IMG/VR virus record: IMGVR_UViG_3300025127_007327
Span: 1 to 64,000 of that record
Direction: 5' to 3' (one strand)
Length of the DNA: 64,000 bases
DNA from: a virus
The notes under the pieces were generated by a model. It was given only the letters and a program-made list of their open reading frames with translations. It did not search any database and was not told the DNA's origin. Positions 35,824-48,100 of this stretch are shown here, piece by piece. The position numbers and the translations under genes are program-made. Position 1 is the stretch's first letter, and each line of letters begins with the position of its first letter.

Positions 35824-36790
35824 TTTTGAAAATTTAGGTGACCTGTTTGTAAAAGTGGTTCAAACCCCTGAGTGGGATGAATTACAAGAAAAATTCAACA
35901 ACTGCAATGATATCTACGTTTTAGGTCACGGCGGCAACCTTGCGGTTGCAGATCATGCTGCAGTTGATATGACAAGACTGTCAAATGGTACAAAGAATGC
36001 TATTTGTCCGGGCTCTGGAGTCGTAGCCACATCATACATTAATGATAGTAGTTTTGAACAGTGGATGGTCAATTGGTTATCCGCAAGAACTTGCACTAGA
36101 ACCGCAGAACAAATGAAAAACTCTTTGGTTCTTGGAATTTCATCGTCTGGTAATTCAATGGATATTCTCAAGGCTTTGCAGTGGGCTACTGATAATGGTA
36201 TGCAGATTGCAATGATGACATCGAAAGATATCAGTATGGAAATTAAAAATCTTACAAAAGTTGTTGTGGGTGCTCATTATTATCATACTGCTGAAGTTCT
36301 CACACTTTTGTTAACTTATCAGCTTACACATGGTTCAGGTAACGTATGTCCACCAATCGGTAAGAACGATCCTGATGCGCTTAAAACCCTTAATTGGAAG
36401 GGTGGCAAAATTCGTGAACACAGTTACCCCGATGAAGAAATCAATATCGGTATTGATTTTGATAAAGTTATTCACAAGTGTTCTAAAGGATATTATGATG
36501 GAACCATCTATGACGAGCCCGTTGAGGGTGCCTACGATGCTCTTGAAAGACTTTCAAAAGATTATACCGTCATTGTGTACACATGTAAGGCTAAGCCTGA
36601 CCGGGGGTTAGTCAATGGCAAAACTGGAACTGAACTTGTTTGGGAATGGCTGAAAGAACATAACATGTCTCAATTTGTCAGTAAGGTTACTGCCGAGAAA
36701 CCAAGAGCAAGATTCTATATTGATGATAAGGCAATTAGATTTACTGATTGGGAATCTGCTTTTGAAATGATTGAGGAAATAGATGGCTAG
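35816..36790 (+). CDS. SIS sugar-phosphate isomerase (GmhA-like) fused to a HAD phosphatase
   Basis: GHGGNLAVADH, GISSSGNS; then IDFDKVI...YIDDKA. Confidence 0.8.
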   Translation: MLNFENLGDLFVKVVQTPEWDELQEKFNNCNDIYVLGHGGNLAVADHAAVDMTRLSNGTKNAICPGSGVVATSYINDSSFEQWMVNWLSARTCTRTAEQMKNSLVLGISSSGNSMDILKALQWATDNGMQIAMMTSKDISMEIKNLTKVVVGAHYYHTAEVLTLLLTYQLTHGSGNVCPPIGKNDPDALKTLNWKGGKIREHSYPDEEINIGIDFDKVIHKCSKGYYDGTIYDEPVEGAYDALERLSKDYTVIVYTCKAKPDRGLVNGKTGTELVWEWLKEHNMSQFVSKVTAEKPRARFYIDDKAIRFTDWESAFEMIEEIDG

Positions 36791-37637
36791 ATGCTTGGTC
36801 ACCGGGCATCTTGGTTATATCGGCTCTAAGGTTTATAAAGAGTTAATTGACCAAGGACATGAAGTATATGGTGTTGATTTAAAACACAATACTGATATTA
36901 GGTACGACCTGTTCGATTTTGATAAATTGTGTAGGAACGTTCCCTTTGTGCCTGAGTACATTTTTCACTTAGCAGCAATGCCAAGTGTTCAGTGGTGTGT
37001 TGAAAATCCCTCTGAGGCTATGTCACATAACGTTCTTGGTTCATCTAGAGTATTAGAATATGCAAAGATTAACAATGTTAAAAGAGTGATCTTTGCTAGT
37101 TCTGCTGCAGCATCAAATCCTGTTAGTCCTTATGGACTGCACAAACTTTATACTGAAGGAGAATGCAAACTTTACGCTAGATTGTATGGCGTAGATACTG
37201 TTTGTTTACGATTCTTTAATGTTTATTCAGAGGATCAAGAAGCTAACGGACCATACTCAACAGTAATCTCTGCTTGGCTAAACGGAATAAAAAATGATTC
37301 TAATTTGTTTATTGATGGCGACGGTAAACAAACTAGAGACTTTATTCATGTTGATGATATTGTAAGTGCTAATATATTTTGTATGAATTATAAAAAACAA
37401 TTTGGTGGTAATAATTTTGACGTTGCCACAGGTTTCTCGCATCCTTTAAATTATATAAAAGATTTATTTAGCAAAAGATTTGATATTGATTGGATTCATA
37501 GAGTAGCAAGAGTCGGCGATATTAAGTTTTCATCATCTGATTCGGCCGCATTGCGTCGGCTTGGATGGTCTGCATCTATTAAAATCGAAGAAGGTCTTGA
37601 AAGATGCTTTAATAATTTGGAGAATCTTGATGAATAA
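36783..37637 (+). CDS. NAD-dependent epimerase/dehydratase
   Basis: VTGHLGYIG, HLAA, SPYGLHK, LRFFNVY, RDFIHVDD. Confidence 0.9.
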   Translation: MARCLVTGHLGYIGSKVYKELIDQGHEVYGVDLKHNTDIRYDLFDFDKLCRNVPFVPEYIFHLAAMPSVQWCVENPSEAMSHNVLGSSRVLEYAKINNVKRVIFASSAAASNPVSPYGLHKLYTEGECKLYARLYGVDTVCLRFFNVYSEDQEANGPYSTVISAWLNGIKNDSNLFIDGDGKQTRDFIHVDDIVSANIFCMNYKKQFGGNNFDVATGFSHPLNYIKDLFSKRFDIDWIHRVARVGDIKFSSSDSAALRRLGWSASIKIEEGLERCFNNLENLDE

Positions 37638-37854
37638 GTTTAAAGTTGGAGAAATGGTTAAGTGGTATCTAACATACGCTGATGTAAATATTGTTAAAGA
37701 TTCTGGAATAGGTGTTATAATAAAAAAAGAAATAATACAAAATCCGTACACTCATGTTGATAATCAACTTAAATACGAGATATTTTGTAATAAACTTAAT
37801 CAAAAAGAATGGTTCGTAGAACCATACATAGAAAAATTTAATATGGAGAAATAA
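37630..37854 (+). CDS. Small SH3/KOW-like phage protein
   Basis: KFKVGEMVKW...GIGVII; GGAG RBS. Confidence 0.6.
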   Translation: MNKFKVGEMVKWYLTYADVNIVKDSGIGVIIKKEIIQNPYTHVDNQLKYEIFCNKLNQKEWFVEPYIEKFNMEK

Positions 37855-37855
37855 A

Positions 37856-38098
37856 ATGGATTTTAATATTGATGAAGGACAGAATGTAAAAACATTCAAG
37901 CTTTCTAATCAGGCACTTGGGTCTGTTATGATGGCACTACAAGAGTCGCTACTTAACGAGTTGGATATTGTACCAATTTTGAAAAGTTTCGATTTGATTG
38001 AATCTGAAGATGGTTTGATTGTTGCAAACCCACCAACAATCAGAGTATCTAACGAAGCTCCAATTAGTGAAGAAGATATTCTTAATATGGTCAAGTAA
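37856..38098 (+). CDS. Hypothetical protein (80 aa)
   Basis: GGAG RBS. Confidence 0.75.
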   Translation: MDFNIDEGQNVKTFKLSNQALGSVMMALQESLLNELDIVPILKSFDLIESEDGLIVANPPTIRVSNEAPISEEDILNMVK

Positions 38099-38343
38099 TG
38101 CCCCGCTATCGATACTTTTGTAATGCTTGCAAAGAAGAATTTATATCCTTCCATGCTATCAGTTATGAAAAAGATGACTGTGACTTATGTGGAGCATTGG
38201 ATATCGAGAAAAGACTTACTAAACCAATTAAAAAAATTAAGAAACAACAAAATGTAAAAGTTGGTTCCTTGACTAACAAGTACATTGAAGAAAACAGAGA
38301 AATTTTAAAAACTTTAAAAGACAATAGAGAAGAATATGAGTGA
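38098..38343 (+). CDS. FmdB-like zinc-ribbon protein
   Basis: MPRYRYFCNAC...CDLCG. Confidence 0.8.
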   Translation: MPRYRYFCNACKEEFISFHAISYEKDDCDLCGALDIEKRLTKPIKKIKKQQNVKVGSLTNKYIEENREILKTLKDNREEYE

Positions 38344-38668
38344 ACTTGAAATAACATTAATTGCTGTTTTAACAGTAGTAATGATTTTATCATTGTTTGT
38401 TTTTATGTATGCAAGAAGTGCTGTTTCTCGGTTGCTAACCGCTGCTGAAGAAATGGGAGATCTTAAAATAATGATTGACAATTTTGATGAACATTTAAGA
38501 GAAGTATATTCTTTAGAAACTTTCTATGGCGACCAGACCTTACAGGGCTTAATGGATCATAGTAGATCTCTTAGTGAACAATTGGAAAATTTTGAATTTT
38601 TATATTCTCTTGTTGAATTTGAAGAAGAGGATAACGAAGAAATTGACAATCAAGAAGAAGAGAACTAG
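38336..38668 (+). CDS. Membrane-anchored protein
   Basis: N-terminal TM; FYGDQTL; acidic tail. Confidence 0.7.
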   Translation: MSELEITLIAVLTVVMILSLFVFMYARSAVSRLLTAAEEMGDLKIMIDNFDEHLREVYSLETFYGDQTLQGLMDHSRSLSEQLENFEFLYSLVEFEEEDNEEIDNQEEEN

Positions 38669-39353
38669 AGCGAAAAAAGGCAGAAAAAAGAATCATTACT
38701 TTACACAAGTACATGAAGATGCAATAGTTCGCTACACTAAAACAGAATCATATCGAGAAAGAACTGATCTATATGTTCAACTTATTCAGCCAGCACTTAG
38801 TGAGATGGTTGATAAAATTGTATTTACATACAAATTTACAAACTTGCCAAACATAGACTACCTAAGAGATGAATGTAAGATTTGGCTTGTTACGATATTA
38901 GATAAATATAATCCAGATAAAGGCTCAAAAGCCTTTTCATATTTTAGTGTTATTACTAAAAACTGGTTTATTAACAAAGTCAAAAAGCAACAAAAGAAAC
39001 GCGAGCGTGAAGTTGATTATGATAATATAGCTAAGCACTACGAAGAAGAGTTTTTGTCAACTGATGACTCATATCTTAAGGAACGTGAGGAACAAGAATT
39101 TTGGACTTTGTTTTATAAAGAAATAAGTTCATGGGACGAATCAACGATGAAAGATAATGATTTGAAGGTCTATCGTGCGATTAAGGTTTTATTTGAATCA
39201 AAAGACGACATTGAAATTTTTAACAAGAAAGCTATTTATTTATACTTGCGTGAGATAACTGGCTTGAACACTAAGCAAATAGTTAACTCACTTAAGAAAT
39301 TCAAAAAAAGATATTACTCTTTTAAAACTGATTGGGAAAACGGTAACATATGA
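38643..39353 (+). CDS. Phage late sigma factor (T4 gp55-like)
   Basis: NHYFT...EDAIVRY; YNPDKGSKAFSYFSVITKN resembles the region-2 pattern of gp55-like sigmas; probable TTG start after GAGG. Confidence 0.7.
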   Translation: MTIKKKRTRAKKGRKKNHYFTQVHEDAIVRYTKTESYRERTDLYVQLIQPALSEMVDKIVFTYKFTNLPNIDYLRDECKIWLVTILDKYNPDKGSKAFSYFSVITKNWFINKVKKQQKKREREVDYDNIAKHYEEEFLSTDDSYLKEREEQEFWTLFYKEISSWDESTMKDNDLKVYRAIKVLFESKDDIEIFNKKAIYLYLREITGLNTKQIVNSLKKFKKRYYSFKTDWENGNI

Positions 39354-39646
39354 GTTCAAAAAATGATTTAGATTTATTAATAGGCGAAGCGTTAGAAAAT
39401 ATTAGAAATGATCGAAAGATAGCCAATGAATTTCTTAATGAGATCGCAAATCAAATCGCGGCAGACGCTGAGAATAATAGAAGCCTAAGTCCCGTTGCCG
39501 CCAAACATATTGAAACTATGCAGCGTTCAAACGAGCAGCTTGTAAAAATTATAGGTCTGAAACATAAAAATAAAAATGAGAGCTTTGAACTAACAGAATT
39601 AGATAAATCTAATATTTATGATATGATTCAAAATAAGGAATCTTAG
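39350..39646 (+). CDS. Helical hypothetical protein (98 aa)
   Basis: ATGA overlap. Confidence 0.7.
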   Translation: MSSKNDLDLLIGEALENIRNDRKIANEFLNEIANQIAADAENNRSLSPVAAKHIETMQRSNEQLVKIIGLKHKNKNESFELTELDKSNIYDMIQNKES

Positions 39647-39651
39647 TTCAT

Positions 39652-41112
39652 ATGAGTTTAGAAGAGTTATTCAATTTTGACACAGATAATATAGGTGATT
39701 TCTTATCAGACCCTCTTGGCTCATTTAAAAAAATCATAAATTCTTTTTATGATGGCACTGGAATTTTTAGTTCAGATCAGTTTTTAGCAGTTGCTCTTAC
39801 TAATGGTGTTGAGATCGATGCAGAAGAAGCTACACTTCTTGGCTACCCCGCCGGCGGCGATGAAATGAGACAACAAACATTTTACAAGTTTAAGGCAAGA
39901 ACCATTGCCAAAGACAGCCCGCATATAGTTTTAACTGATCCTTGCACATTAACTGATAAAGTAACTCCTGATGTGAAGTGCCTTAGAAATGCACTAATTG
40001 CTGCTCACTCCACTGTAGTTTATAGCACTAATAGCGGGCAAGTAAATATAGGAAATATTGTTACTGTTAAGTTTTCTAGAAATTCTGACGATACTTTAAA
40101 TTTAAGGCAAGGTAACTTAGTTAATTTTATAGATCCAAACAGAGATTTTGAATCACTAACTCCTGAAGCGTGTGAATTTATTGAATCTGTTTTTGAACTT
40201 GGTGATTCTTATGCCCCGCCACCACCAATTGTTATAAACAGTGAAATATTTCAATTGGCTGAGGAATATGACAGGTCAAGCAATATCCGCTTTAAACGTA
40301 AAAACAACACATTTATTAAAGACTTATTAAAGCCATTTGATTCGTATGTAAAAGCATTTATAATGGAATCTAAAAATTTATACGATATTGATATTAATAT
40401 TTATAGTGGTGTTAGAACTAAATCACACCAACAACAATTATACAACGATTACGTAAAAAATGGCAGAAAAGGACCAGCACCTGCTGAACCTAGTGGAAAT
40501 ACATTTACATCTCTTCATCAAGTGGGATTAGCCATAGATTTCAATTTTTTTAAGGATGGTAAATTGTATATGTCTCAATTAAGGGATTCACCAATTACAG
40601 GCAGACCATATCCAACAGATGATAAGGGAAAAATAACTACTGCTGGCATTCAACAACATAAAAGAGAATGGATGAATACTGGAATTTTCAATGTTATTGA
40701 CCGTCTTGGTCTTCGTTGGGGCGGTAATTTTAAAAATAATTATGATCCAATACACGTTGATTTACCATACGGAAAACTTGGTTTAACAAAAAATGGAGTT
40801 TTTACATCGTTTAAAACTAATCGAGGGCTTGATACATATACTACTGGCGCTGGAGATGTGAAAGAAATAGGCTATAATCAAGCGTCAAGTGAAACTCTCG
40901 AAGAGAATGTTCTAAATTCAGTTAAAGATAAGATCGATAGAGGTAAAGCTGTTGACTCCACTGATGCCCGACTCGCTGCAATCAGCGACGATCCCGTCGC
41001 TCCGTTCGATTCCGGGGATCCATTGGCAGAGGTCATCGCTCTCTCCGACGCTGATCTTCCAATTGATCCATTTACAGGTGTGGTTGATGATGGAACTGAA
41101 GCAGTAGAATAA
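39652..41112 (+). CDS. Baseplate-region protein with an M15 (L-Ala-D-Glu/D,D-peptidase) domain
   Basis: SGVRT...QQQLY, SLHQVGLAID, LRWGGNF..DPIHVD. Confidence 0.8.
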   Translation: MSLEELFNFDTDNIGDFLSDPLGSFKKIINSFYDGTGIFSSDQFLAVALTNGVEIDAEEATLLGYPAGGDEMRQQTFYKFKARTIAKDSPHIVLTDPCTLTDKVTPDVKCLRNALIAAHSTVVYSTNSGQVNIGNIVTVKFSRNSDDTLNLRQGNLVNFIDPNRDFESLTPEACEFIESVFELGDSYAPPPPIVINSEIFQLAEEYDRSSNIRFKRKNNTFIKDLLKPFDSYVKAFIMESKNLYDIDINIYSGVRTKSHQQQLYNDYVKNGRKGPAPAEPSGNTFTSLHQVGLAIDFNFFKDGKLYMSQLRDSPITGRPYPTDDKGKITTAGIQQHKREWMNTGIFNVIDRLGLRWGGNFKNNYDPIHVDLPYGKLGLTKNGVFTSFKTNRGLDTYTTGAGDVKEIGYNQASSETLEENVLNSVKDKIDRGKAVDSTDARLAAISDDPVAPFDSGDPLAEVIALSDADLPIDPFTGVVDDGTEAVE

Positions 41113-41172
41113 ATAACAAATCTTAGTTAACAGTTTTAAAAAATAGTGATAATTATTATATAAGGTCAAAAA

Positions 41173-42183
41173 ATGAGCAAAAAACAACCAGCCGGCGCAC
41201 CATTGCCCGATGGAACTTTTCCAGCCGATCAATTTAAAAATCAAAAATATGACCGCATCCCAGATAATTCTGGTGTCGGTCAAACTCCTTTAAAGAGAAA
41301 ACGTCCTAAATTAATAGAAGCTGCTAATAATCATATTCTTTCACACAATGGTGGTCAAATTGTTTTTGGTGGAGATAGACCATCTAATTTAACATCTGGT
41401 GGAGGTGGTGCAGGTTTTTATAAAAACTCAACAATTGATATTGTTGTTGGCCGCGCATCTAAAAATATAGATGTTAACAAAGTTCGCAAAAACGATGATC
41501 CCATTGATGGTTTTGAGTATGTTGGTAACTTATTTACGCGCGATGCTGCAAGAGTTTACATTTCTGAAAGCACAGAATTAGATAAAAACTTTGGCTTAGC
41601 TTTTGGTCCGCGTAAACCCTCCGGTGGTAAAAATACACACCCCGTTTCAGGAGTTGCGGTTAAAGCAGATATTGTTAGAGTTATTGGTACCGAAGGTGTT
41701 AATATAGTTACAGGTCCAGCAAATAATTTTTCCGGCAAGAAAGAAACAAATGTTCATGGAGGTAAAGTTTCTAGTGCCGGCGCCATCAATTTAATAGCCG
41801 GAAACTATACTGATGAAAAAATATATCTCGGCTCGCCAAGGACACCGGGCACTTCACTCATAAAAATGATTCCATATTTACAACCAGCAATTAAAGGAGA
41901 CTTTTTAGTTGAGTGTTTGCACGAAGTCATTAATTACGTTGATACTATTGAGGCGGCAGTTTTTAACATGTGTTTAATTTTGTGTCAAAAAGATGCAACG
42001 TTGGCAGGGGCTCTGTTGAATCCACCAGCCGGCGCAGCGCTGCTAGGCTCAGCCGCACAGACTTCTATATGGGGAACTTCACACGCATATACAGGACGCA
42101 TTGTTGGAAACTCACTCAGAAATAAATTTTTAACCTACGGTAAAGCGAAACACATTAGAAGTCCTAATGTTTACTTAACATAA
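41173..42183 (+). CDS. Putative baseplate spike/hub protein
   Basis: Beta-rich DAARVYIS, VAVKADIVRVIG segments; position before gp25-like gene. Confidence 0.5.
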   Translation: MSKKQPAGAPLPDGTFPADQFKNQKYDRIPDNSGVGQTPLKRKRPKLIEAANNHILSHNGGQIVFGGDRPSNLTSGGGGAGFYKNSTIDIVVGRASKNIDVNKVRKNDDPIDGFEYVGNLFTRDAARVYISESTELDKNFGLAFGPRKPSGGKNTHPVSGVAVKADIVRVIGTEGVNIVTGPANNFSGKKETNVHGGKVSSAGAINLIAGNYTDEKIYLGSPRTPGTSLIKMIPYLQPAIKGDFLVECLHEVINYVDTIEAAVFNMCLILCQKDATLAGALLNPPAGAALLGSAAQTSIWGTSHAYTGRIVGNSLRNKFLTYGKAKHIRSPNVYLT

Positions 42184-42186
42184 ATT

Positions 42187-45100
42187 ATGTCAGAATCAAA
42201 ATATTTAAAATTTCAAGATATCGACAACGACGGACTTATTGACGTTTGTGACGATGATTTAACAACACCAGAACTCCCTTGTAAGGGACCATGTGTACCT
42301 GATCCAAATTCATTTATTCCTGATTGGAAAAGTCAGAATATTAATAAACCTTTTTTAAACACAAAAATATGTCATTATCAAGTTACAAAAGTTACATCAT
42401 ATAACGAAACTGCTCCCCGAAGCATTATTAATAGCGGAGATGAGGCGGCTGTTGAGCAATCATTAGAAGAAAAATTTGAAGAGTTTGTAGATGAAGCAAT
42501 TAGCAGTTTATTAGATTTTAATGGTAAGGTAAACAACAGAAAATCTAGAGAACATGTACGCTCTGGTATAGAATTTAAAAAATTCGACTTAGCAGCAAGA
42601 CCCGGTTCATTTTTAAAACTTCTGTATTCAGTGCCGTTTGATTTTATTTATTATCTTGCTGATGCTGAGTTAGAAGCCACCGAAGAAGAAGGTGAGGACG
42701 AAAACGGACCCGGCTGGGAAAATATAATGTTTAACGCTGAACATTTATCATCAAACATGATTCGTGTTAGAAAAGCATTACGCTTATATTCTGACATGCT
42801 TAAAGTATCTGCTCAAATTGGTGAAGGCAATGCCTATGTATTTGATTCTAATAACAATCCATTAAGAATTTTCAGTCTTGAGGGTTACGGAGACAGGGCT
42901 TTTGTTGACTTTGGATCTTCTGGTATTCTACTAGAGATGATCAATGATCTAAAAACTTTTCTTATTTCAAAGGGTAAATCATTACCAGATGTTGGAGTTG
43001 GAGGAAATCCATTCGCGGGTGCTTTCAGAGAGCGAATTACTAAAATAAAGTTTGGTTTCAAAAATAAAGAACTCAGAGTAATCCGAGTTTGGACAGTTGA
43101 GTGTGGCAACAAACCTTCGTTATATAATAAAAAGAGTGGGTCTATAAAACTTTTACTTCTTTCAAGTGCATGGAATGATAAAACAGCAATTAATTACTTT
43201 TTAAATCTTAAAAAAATGTCTGATGCGCTTGAAGCTAGAGTGCAGATTCCTATTAAAGATTTTGTTGAAACTTTTACATATGTGCCTGATGGTGTTGTAA
43301 AAATTAAATTTGTTCCAAATTATGAATTAACAAATAGTGCATGTCTCTTAAAAACTTTATCTGACGGAGCATCAGAATTTGGTCAAGATTTGCTAGACGA
43401 TGTGTTTGGCTTAGGTGAGCTAATACAATATATTTATCATGAAAGCTTATGTAGAAATACGAACGAGGAAGTTTTAAAAGATAAAGAAAAACTTGGTGTT
43501 GGAACCGCAACCGCACCTCCTGATCCTAAAGGTAAAGGTATTAAACCTGACATGGGTGCGCTTAGTAAAGAAACTCAAATGATTATCGCTAGTAAGCTTG
43601 CCGCTTTACAAAAACAAAAGCAATTTGATGCAGATGATGATGCAATTGTTAGAGGATGTTTGGCAATTACAAACTCAGCAAGAAAATCATTCACATCGGC
43701 AGCAGGTGGGCTTTTAGGTGCCGATCTTCCTTTTACAGACATAACCTCAGCAGCCGGCGGCGCAGCAACATTGCCCGGAACAGAAGGATTATGGAAAGAA
43801 TTTCTTCAAAGTTTAAAAATATGCGGACTTTTAGATTTAATTGTCGATTCTGTTGGCTGTTTATTTCAGGGATTATCATTAGATGATGCTCTGCCCGTTA
43901 TAGTCAGAAATGCACTTAACGCATTAGGAATTGAAAGAATGGGTGACTTATTTGTTGGTTTGCCACCAGATAAGCAAGTACAGCTAGAGGCGTTAGTTAA
44001 GAAAAAGTTAGAGGATAGAGGAGAAATATATCCCGGTAAACCTTGGGAAAATAAAGCGTATTTAGATGCAGCAGCTAGCATTCAAGATACTTCATCTTCA
44101 AAACCATATGATGCCAATAAACCACCAACACCAAAGGAAGTTGATGAAGAAATTAACAAAGCACAAGGTGGCACAATATTACCTGAATTAGCTTCGACAT
44201 CATCTAATAAGGCAAATTCAGATAGCGTAATGTCAGTTTATATTGAAGCTTTAATTGAAGTTTATAGTGACAATTTAATTGAGATAGTTAATGAACTTAA
44301 TAAATTTCCCGGTGCTCAGCTTATAAAACATGTACTAGCCTCAGTTACATGCCCAAGACCTCCTTTATTTAATCCGGGTTTTGGTGATTTTATAAAAAGT
44401 TTAGATTTAGATTTTTGTAGAAAAGTTGATGAAATCGTATTACCAGATGGTCCTAGTGGTGTTATAAGTGAGTTAAAACTTATGTGGGGTGATTTAAAAT
44501 TTGCTTTGGTTAACACAGCATCAATAATTCTTGGATTATTAATTGTTATACTTGTAGAAAGAATTTTCAGCAAGCTTTGCTCTTTAGCTTCAAGTGCAGT
44601 GTGTGCGGCTTTAGAAACAACAGGTGAGTTATTGGCTGCATTACCGGGAGCAATCGCTGGTAAAACTTCTCTAAGCGATGTTTTTAGAGAGGCAATCTGT
44701 GGACCTGATGCAAGTGACGAACAAGTTGATGCAGCAATTATAGATTTAATGGCGATTGTTGGATTAGGACCAACTGCTTTTGCAAATCCTGATAGAACAA
44801 AGGCTTTCGCCAATGATTTATCAATTTCACTAAGCAGAAAAGAATTTGGTGATTTACTTTTGGGAGAAGCTTCAGAAGAAGCATTAGAAATTGCAGAACA
44901 ATTAATTGAGTTTGTTTATCCTGAATTTGGAGATGCTCTTACAAATAAAAATGCAATTGGTAGATTTTTCAAAGCTATCGGAAACTTTCTACCATTAGAT
45001 TACCGAGAAATTTTAAATGAAGCTTCTAACAATTCTGCTGGAGAATTTGGAACCGCGAACATTCCAGCAAATCCGTCAATTTGTGCATCGCCACAGCAGA

Positions 45101-48100
45101 TAATAGATTTTAAAAATTTAAGAGCAGAAATTCTCAGTGGTAGAGTTTCTGAAGCACAAGCAGAAAAATTATATTGTGATTTAAGGGATGACACTTTGCA
45201 AGATTTAGAAGATCTCGCAGAACTTGGCGAAGACCCAGAGGAATATTTCAGAAAAAATCTTCCACCACTTACGGGTGAGCCGGGTTGTAGTGATGGCTTA
45301 TTCCCATTTGAAACACCTGAGATGGCTCTTGTTAATAAAGGTTTAGTGGTTTCAAGCCTAAGAGCTTTAGAAAAAGAATATATTCAAGATATGTTTGGCA
45401 CCGGTTTTACTTTTATGGGCTCTGGGGACAAAAACTTTGGATTTTTGAATATGATTTTGTGCGATACACAGGGTAATCCTTTATCAAATCATCATCGAAA
45501 AGCATATAATCGAGCACGATATGTTAATTTTGCAACTAATCTTCCTAATGGCGGTGAGGCAAAAACTGGTATTTTAGCAATATTTCAAAGAGATAAAGAC
45601 TTCGGCCGCCAAAGAGGTCAATATCCATACTACGTTGGAGAATGGTTAAGAAGACAATATCTAAACGCCGCTGAAGTTGATGGAATATTGACACCCGGTT
45701 TCGCTGAAATTAGTGACGGAGGTAAGGATCTTCAAAAGCATCTTGTATTTTCCTCAACCAATATGGCAATCGGTTCAAAAAAATATAAAGTAGACGCTGA
45801 AGAAATGGGATACGACAATCTTTTCGGCAAGCAAGGTAGAAGCACTTTTACATTACCTAGTTTTGGCTACAACACTGAAATTGGTGATTTTAGTAGAGAA
45901 CTTAATGCACTGGGCTCCGTTGTTGCTGCGCCTGTGTCGGTCGTTACTTCTGCTGTTACATTCGGACTTGCTGATTCTCCAGTAGAAAGAACTATAGAAA
46001 TTATAAGATTGCCAAGAAAAGGTGACCCAGATAATAAAAGAGCAGTGGGACCAAATGTAGCTCGAAATACCAACGGTGCAGATATCGTACTAAGTTTTAA
46101 AGATAATGCCATGGGAACTAGAAGAAGAATTGTAGGCATACCTATACAAAATTACGATGCTTTTGGTAGACTGGTTGAATACGAGGGCAACGAATGGGCT
46201 TACGGTTTTGAAGTTCAATGTTATTATTCTGACATTGAAACAGTTCCCAATACTCCACCAGACGAAGAAAGATTTAGAAATAGACCTGATGACAATATGC
46301 GCGTGCAAATTGTAGAAAAGTTAAATTTAGGATCTGATAGAAAATATGCTAGCCCAATTGCAAAAGATTTTTTTAGTGATGAAGTAGTACCAACCCCTGC
46401 TTTTGATTTACCTAATTGGATTGAAGATATTCCAATTGTTGGGTGGGTAACAGAAAAAACTATTCAATTGATAATGTATCCTTTTACATGGATTACTAAA
46501 CAAGCCATTTCGGCTATAAAGTGGGCAACATCAGAAAAAATATATCGCTCTAGAGGTATGGAGTTTTTATCAATAGATGACACTTTAGACGTTTTTGCAC
46601 CAGATCCCAGAGAATCTAATACAGATTCTAATAAAGTTAAATCACTTGACATTAATGATTATTCACAATATCTAACAACAACGCAATATCATAGACCATT
46701 ACCCCCACAAGTATACTTATTAGCTGATATGTTGGGAGAAACAGCTAGTGCTGAAATTAAAGTTCGATACGACAGTATAATGACGCAAGCGTACAAAGAT
46801 TTTTGTAAAATTATTGGAGAAAATCAAAATGGATGGTTGTATGGTGCAAATTATGATTTCCTTACCCAAGACGATTTAGACTATGGATTTGATGATGATG
46901 GAACATTCGTGTCATATGATGATTTTCTTATTCCAGATGGTGACGGCGGAATGCGCGAACTTGAAGATGAAGATATGCGTTTAGGTATTAGTTTTAATGA
47001 GTTCAGATTAGGAAAAGAAAACGCTAGAGTTTTATATTTAGATCCTACAGTTTTTGGAGGTTCTTACAGTAGTCCGGCTCTTTATATAAAACCTAAAAGG
47101 TTTGATGGTTGGTGGGGATTTGTTCAAGCATTCTTTCCAGACGAAACAGGCTGTAAGCCATCTAACAAAAACATGATTGACTTTGATGAGCTTGAAAAAT
47201 TTGTTAGTGATAACTACGCTAATTTTCCAGATGATGAAAGACTATACGATGATTTTGAGTGTGTAAGGCAAGTACCATTTGATAGAATATTGCCACGAAC
47301 TGCTAAAATGTCCGTATTTGTTTTAATTCTAGCTGCTGTCAGAATTTATGTTAGCACTCATGTCATGAAGACTATTGGCACATTTTCAGCAATCAAGCCA
47401 GATTTTACTAAAAACTTTAGTTCTGCTTACTCTGGTTACATAGTGGAAACTATGGAACAAGACTTTAAAGATGCACAAGGACCATTTTGGGAAGCTTTTA
47501 ATACTTTTAAAGACGAGGAATTTTGGTATGGCTTTTTAGAACAGTCAGTTGAGGCTTATAACTTCTTAGTTGAATCTGGGGCATTACCTATGCCTAAGCC
47601 GGGTGGTTATATTCAAGATGCCATTGACGAAATTAACACTTTACAAAAACGTTTTGCATTTGCTTATCGTCCAGATACAACTCATACATATATAAATGAC
47701 GTTGGTAATGAAACAGAACAAAGGGTACCCGGACTCTGGAGATCAAAATTGACAGGAGATGCCGGCTTTTTTGAAACTCTTAAAGGTTATAGAGAGCGTA
47801 AAAATTTCGAGGGTGTCAAAGAAGTGGAAAGTTCTGCAAAAATTATTTTACAACAAATTGTTAATTTTGAATTAGCCAAAATGAGCGAGAAACTTGTTAA
47901 TAACATGTATAATGTCGGATTTAATCCGCAAATTCATAATATGGATTATTGGATATTAAAAAATAAATGTGCCGGCTCTAGTTTAGACTATGCTAGTTCT
48001 AAAGTTGTTGAAACATCTGTTCAGGTGCCTACTAGATTAAATCCTGATCCGCTGGGAATTGGTGCTACTTTCCCCGGACCTTATTTTACTAATGGCGGGC

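Noticed and set aside
19909-37637. Bacterial O-antigen/capsule locus or prophage-flanking host DNA
   Set aside because: No flippase, polymerase or export genes; same strand, packing and composition as the flanking phage genes
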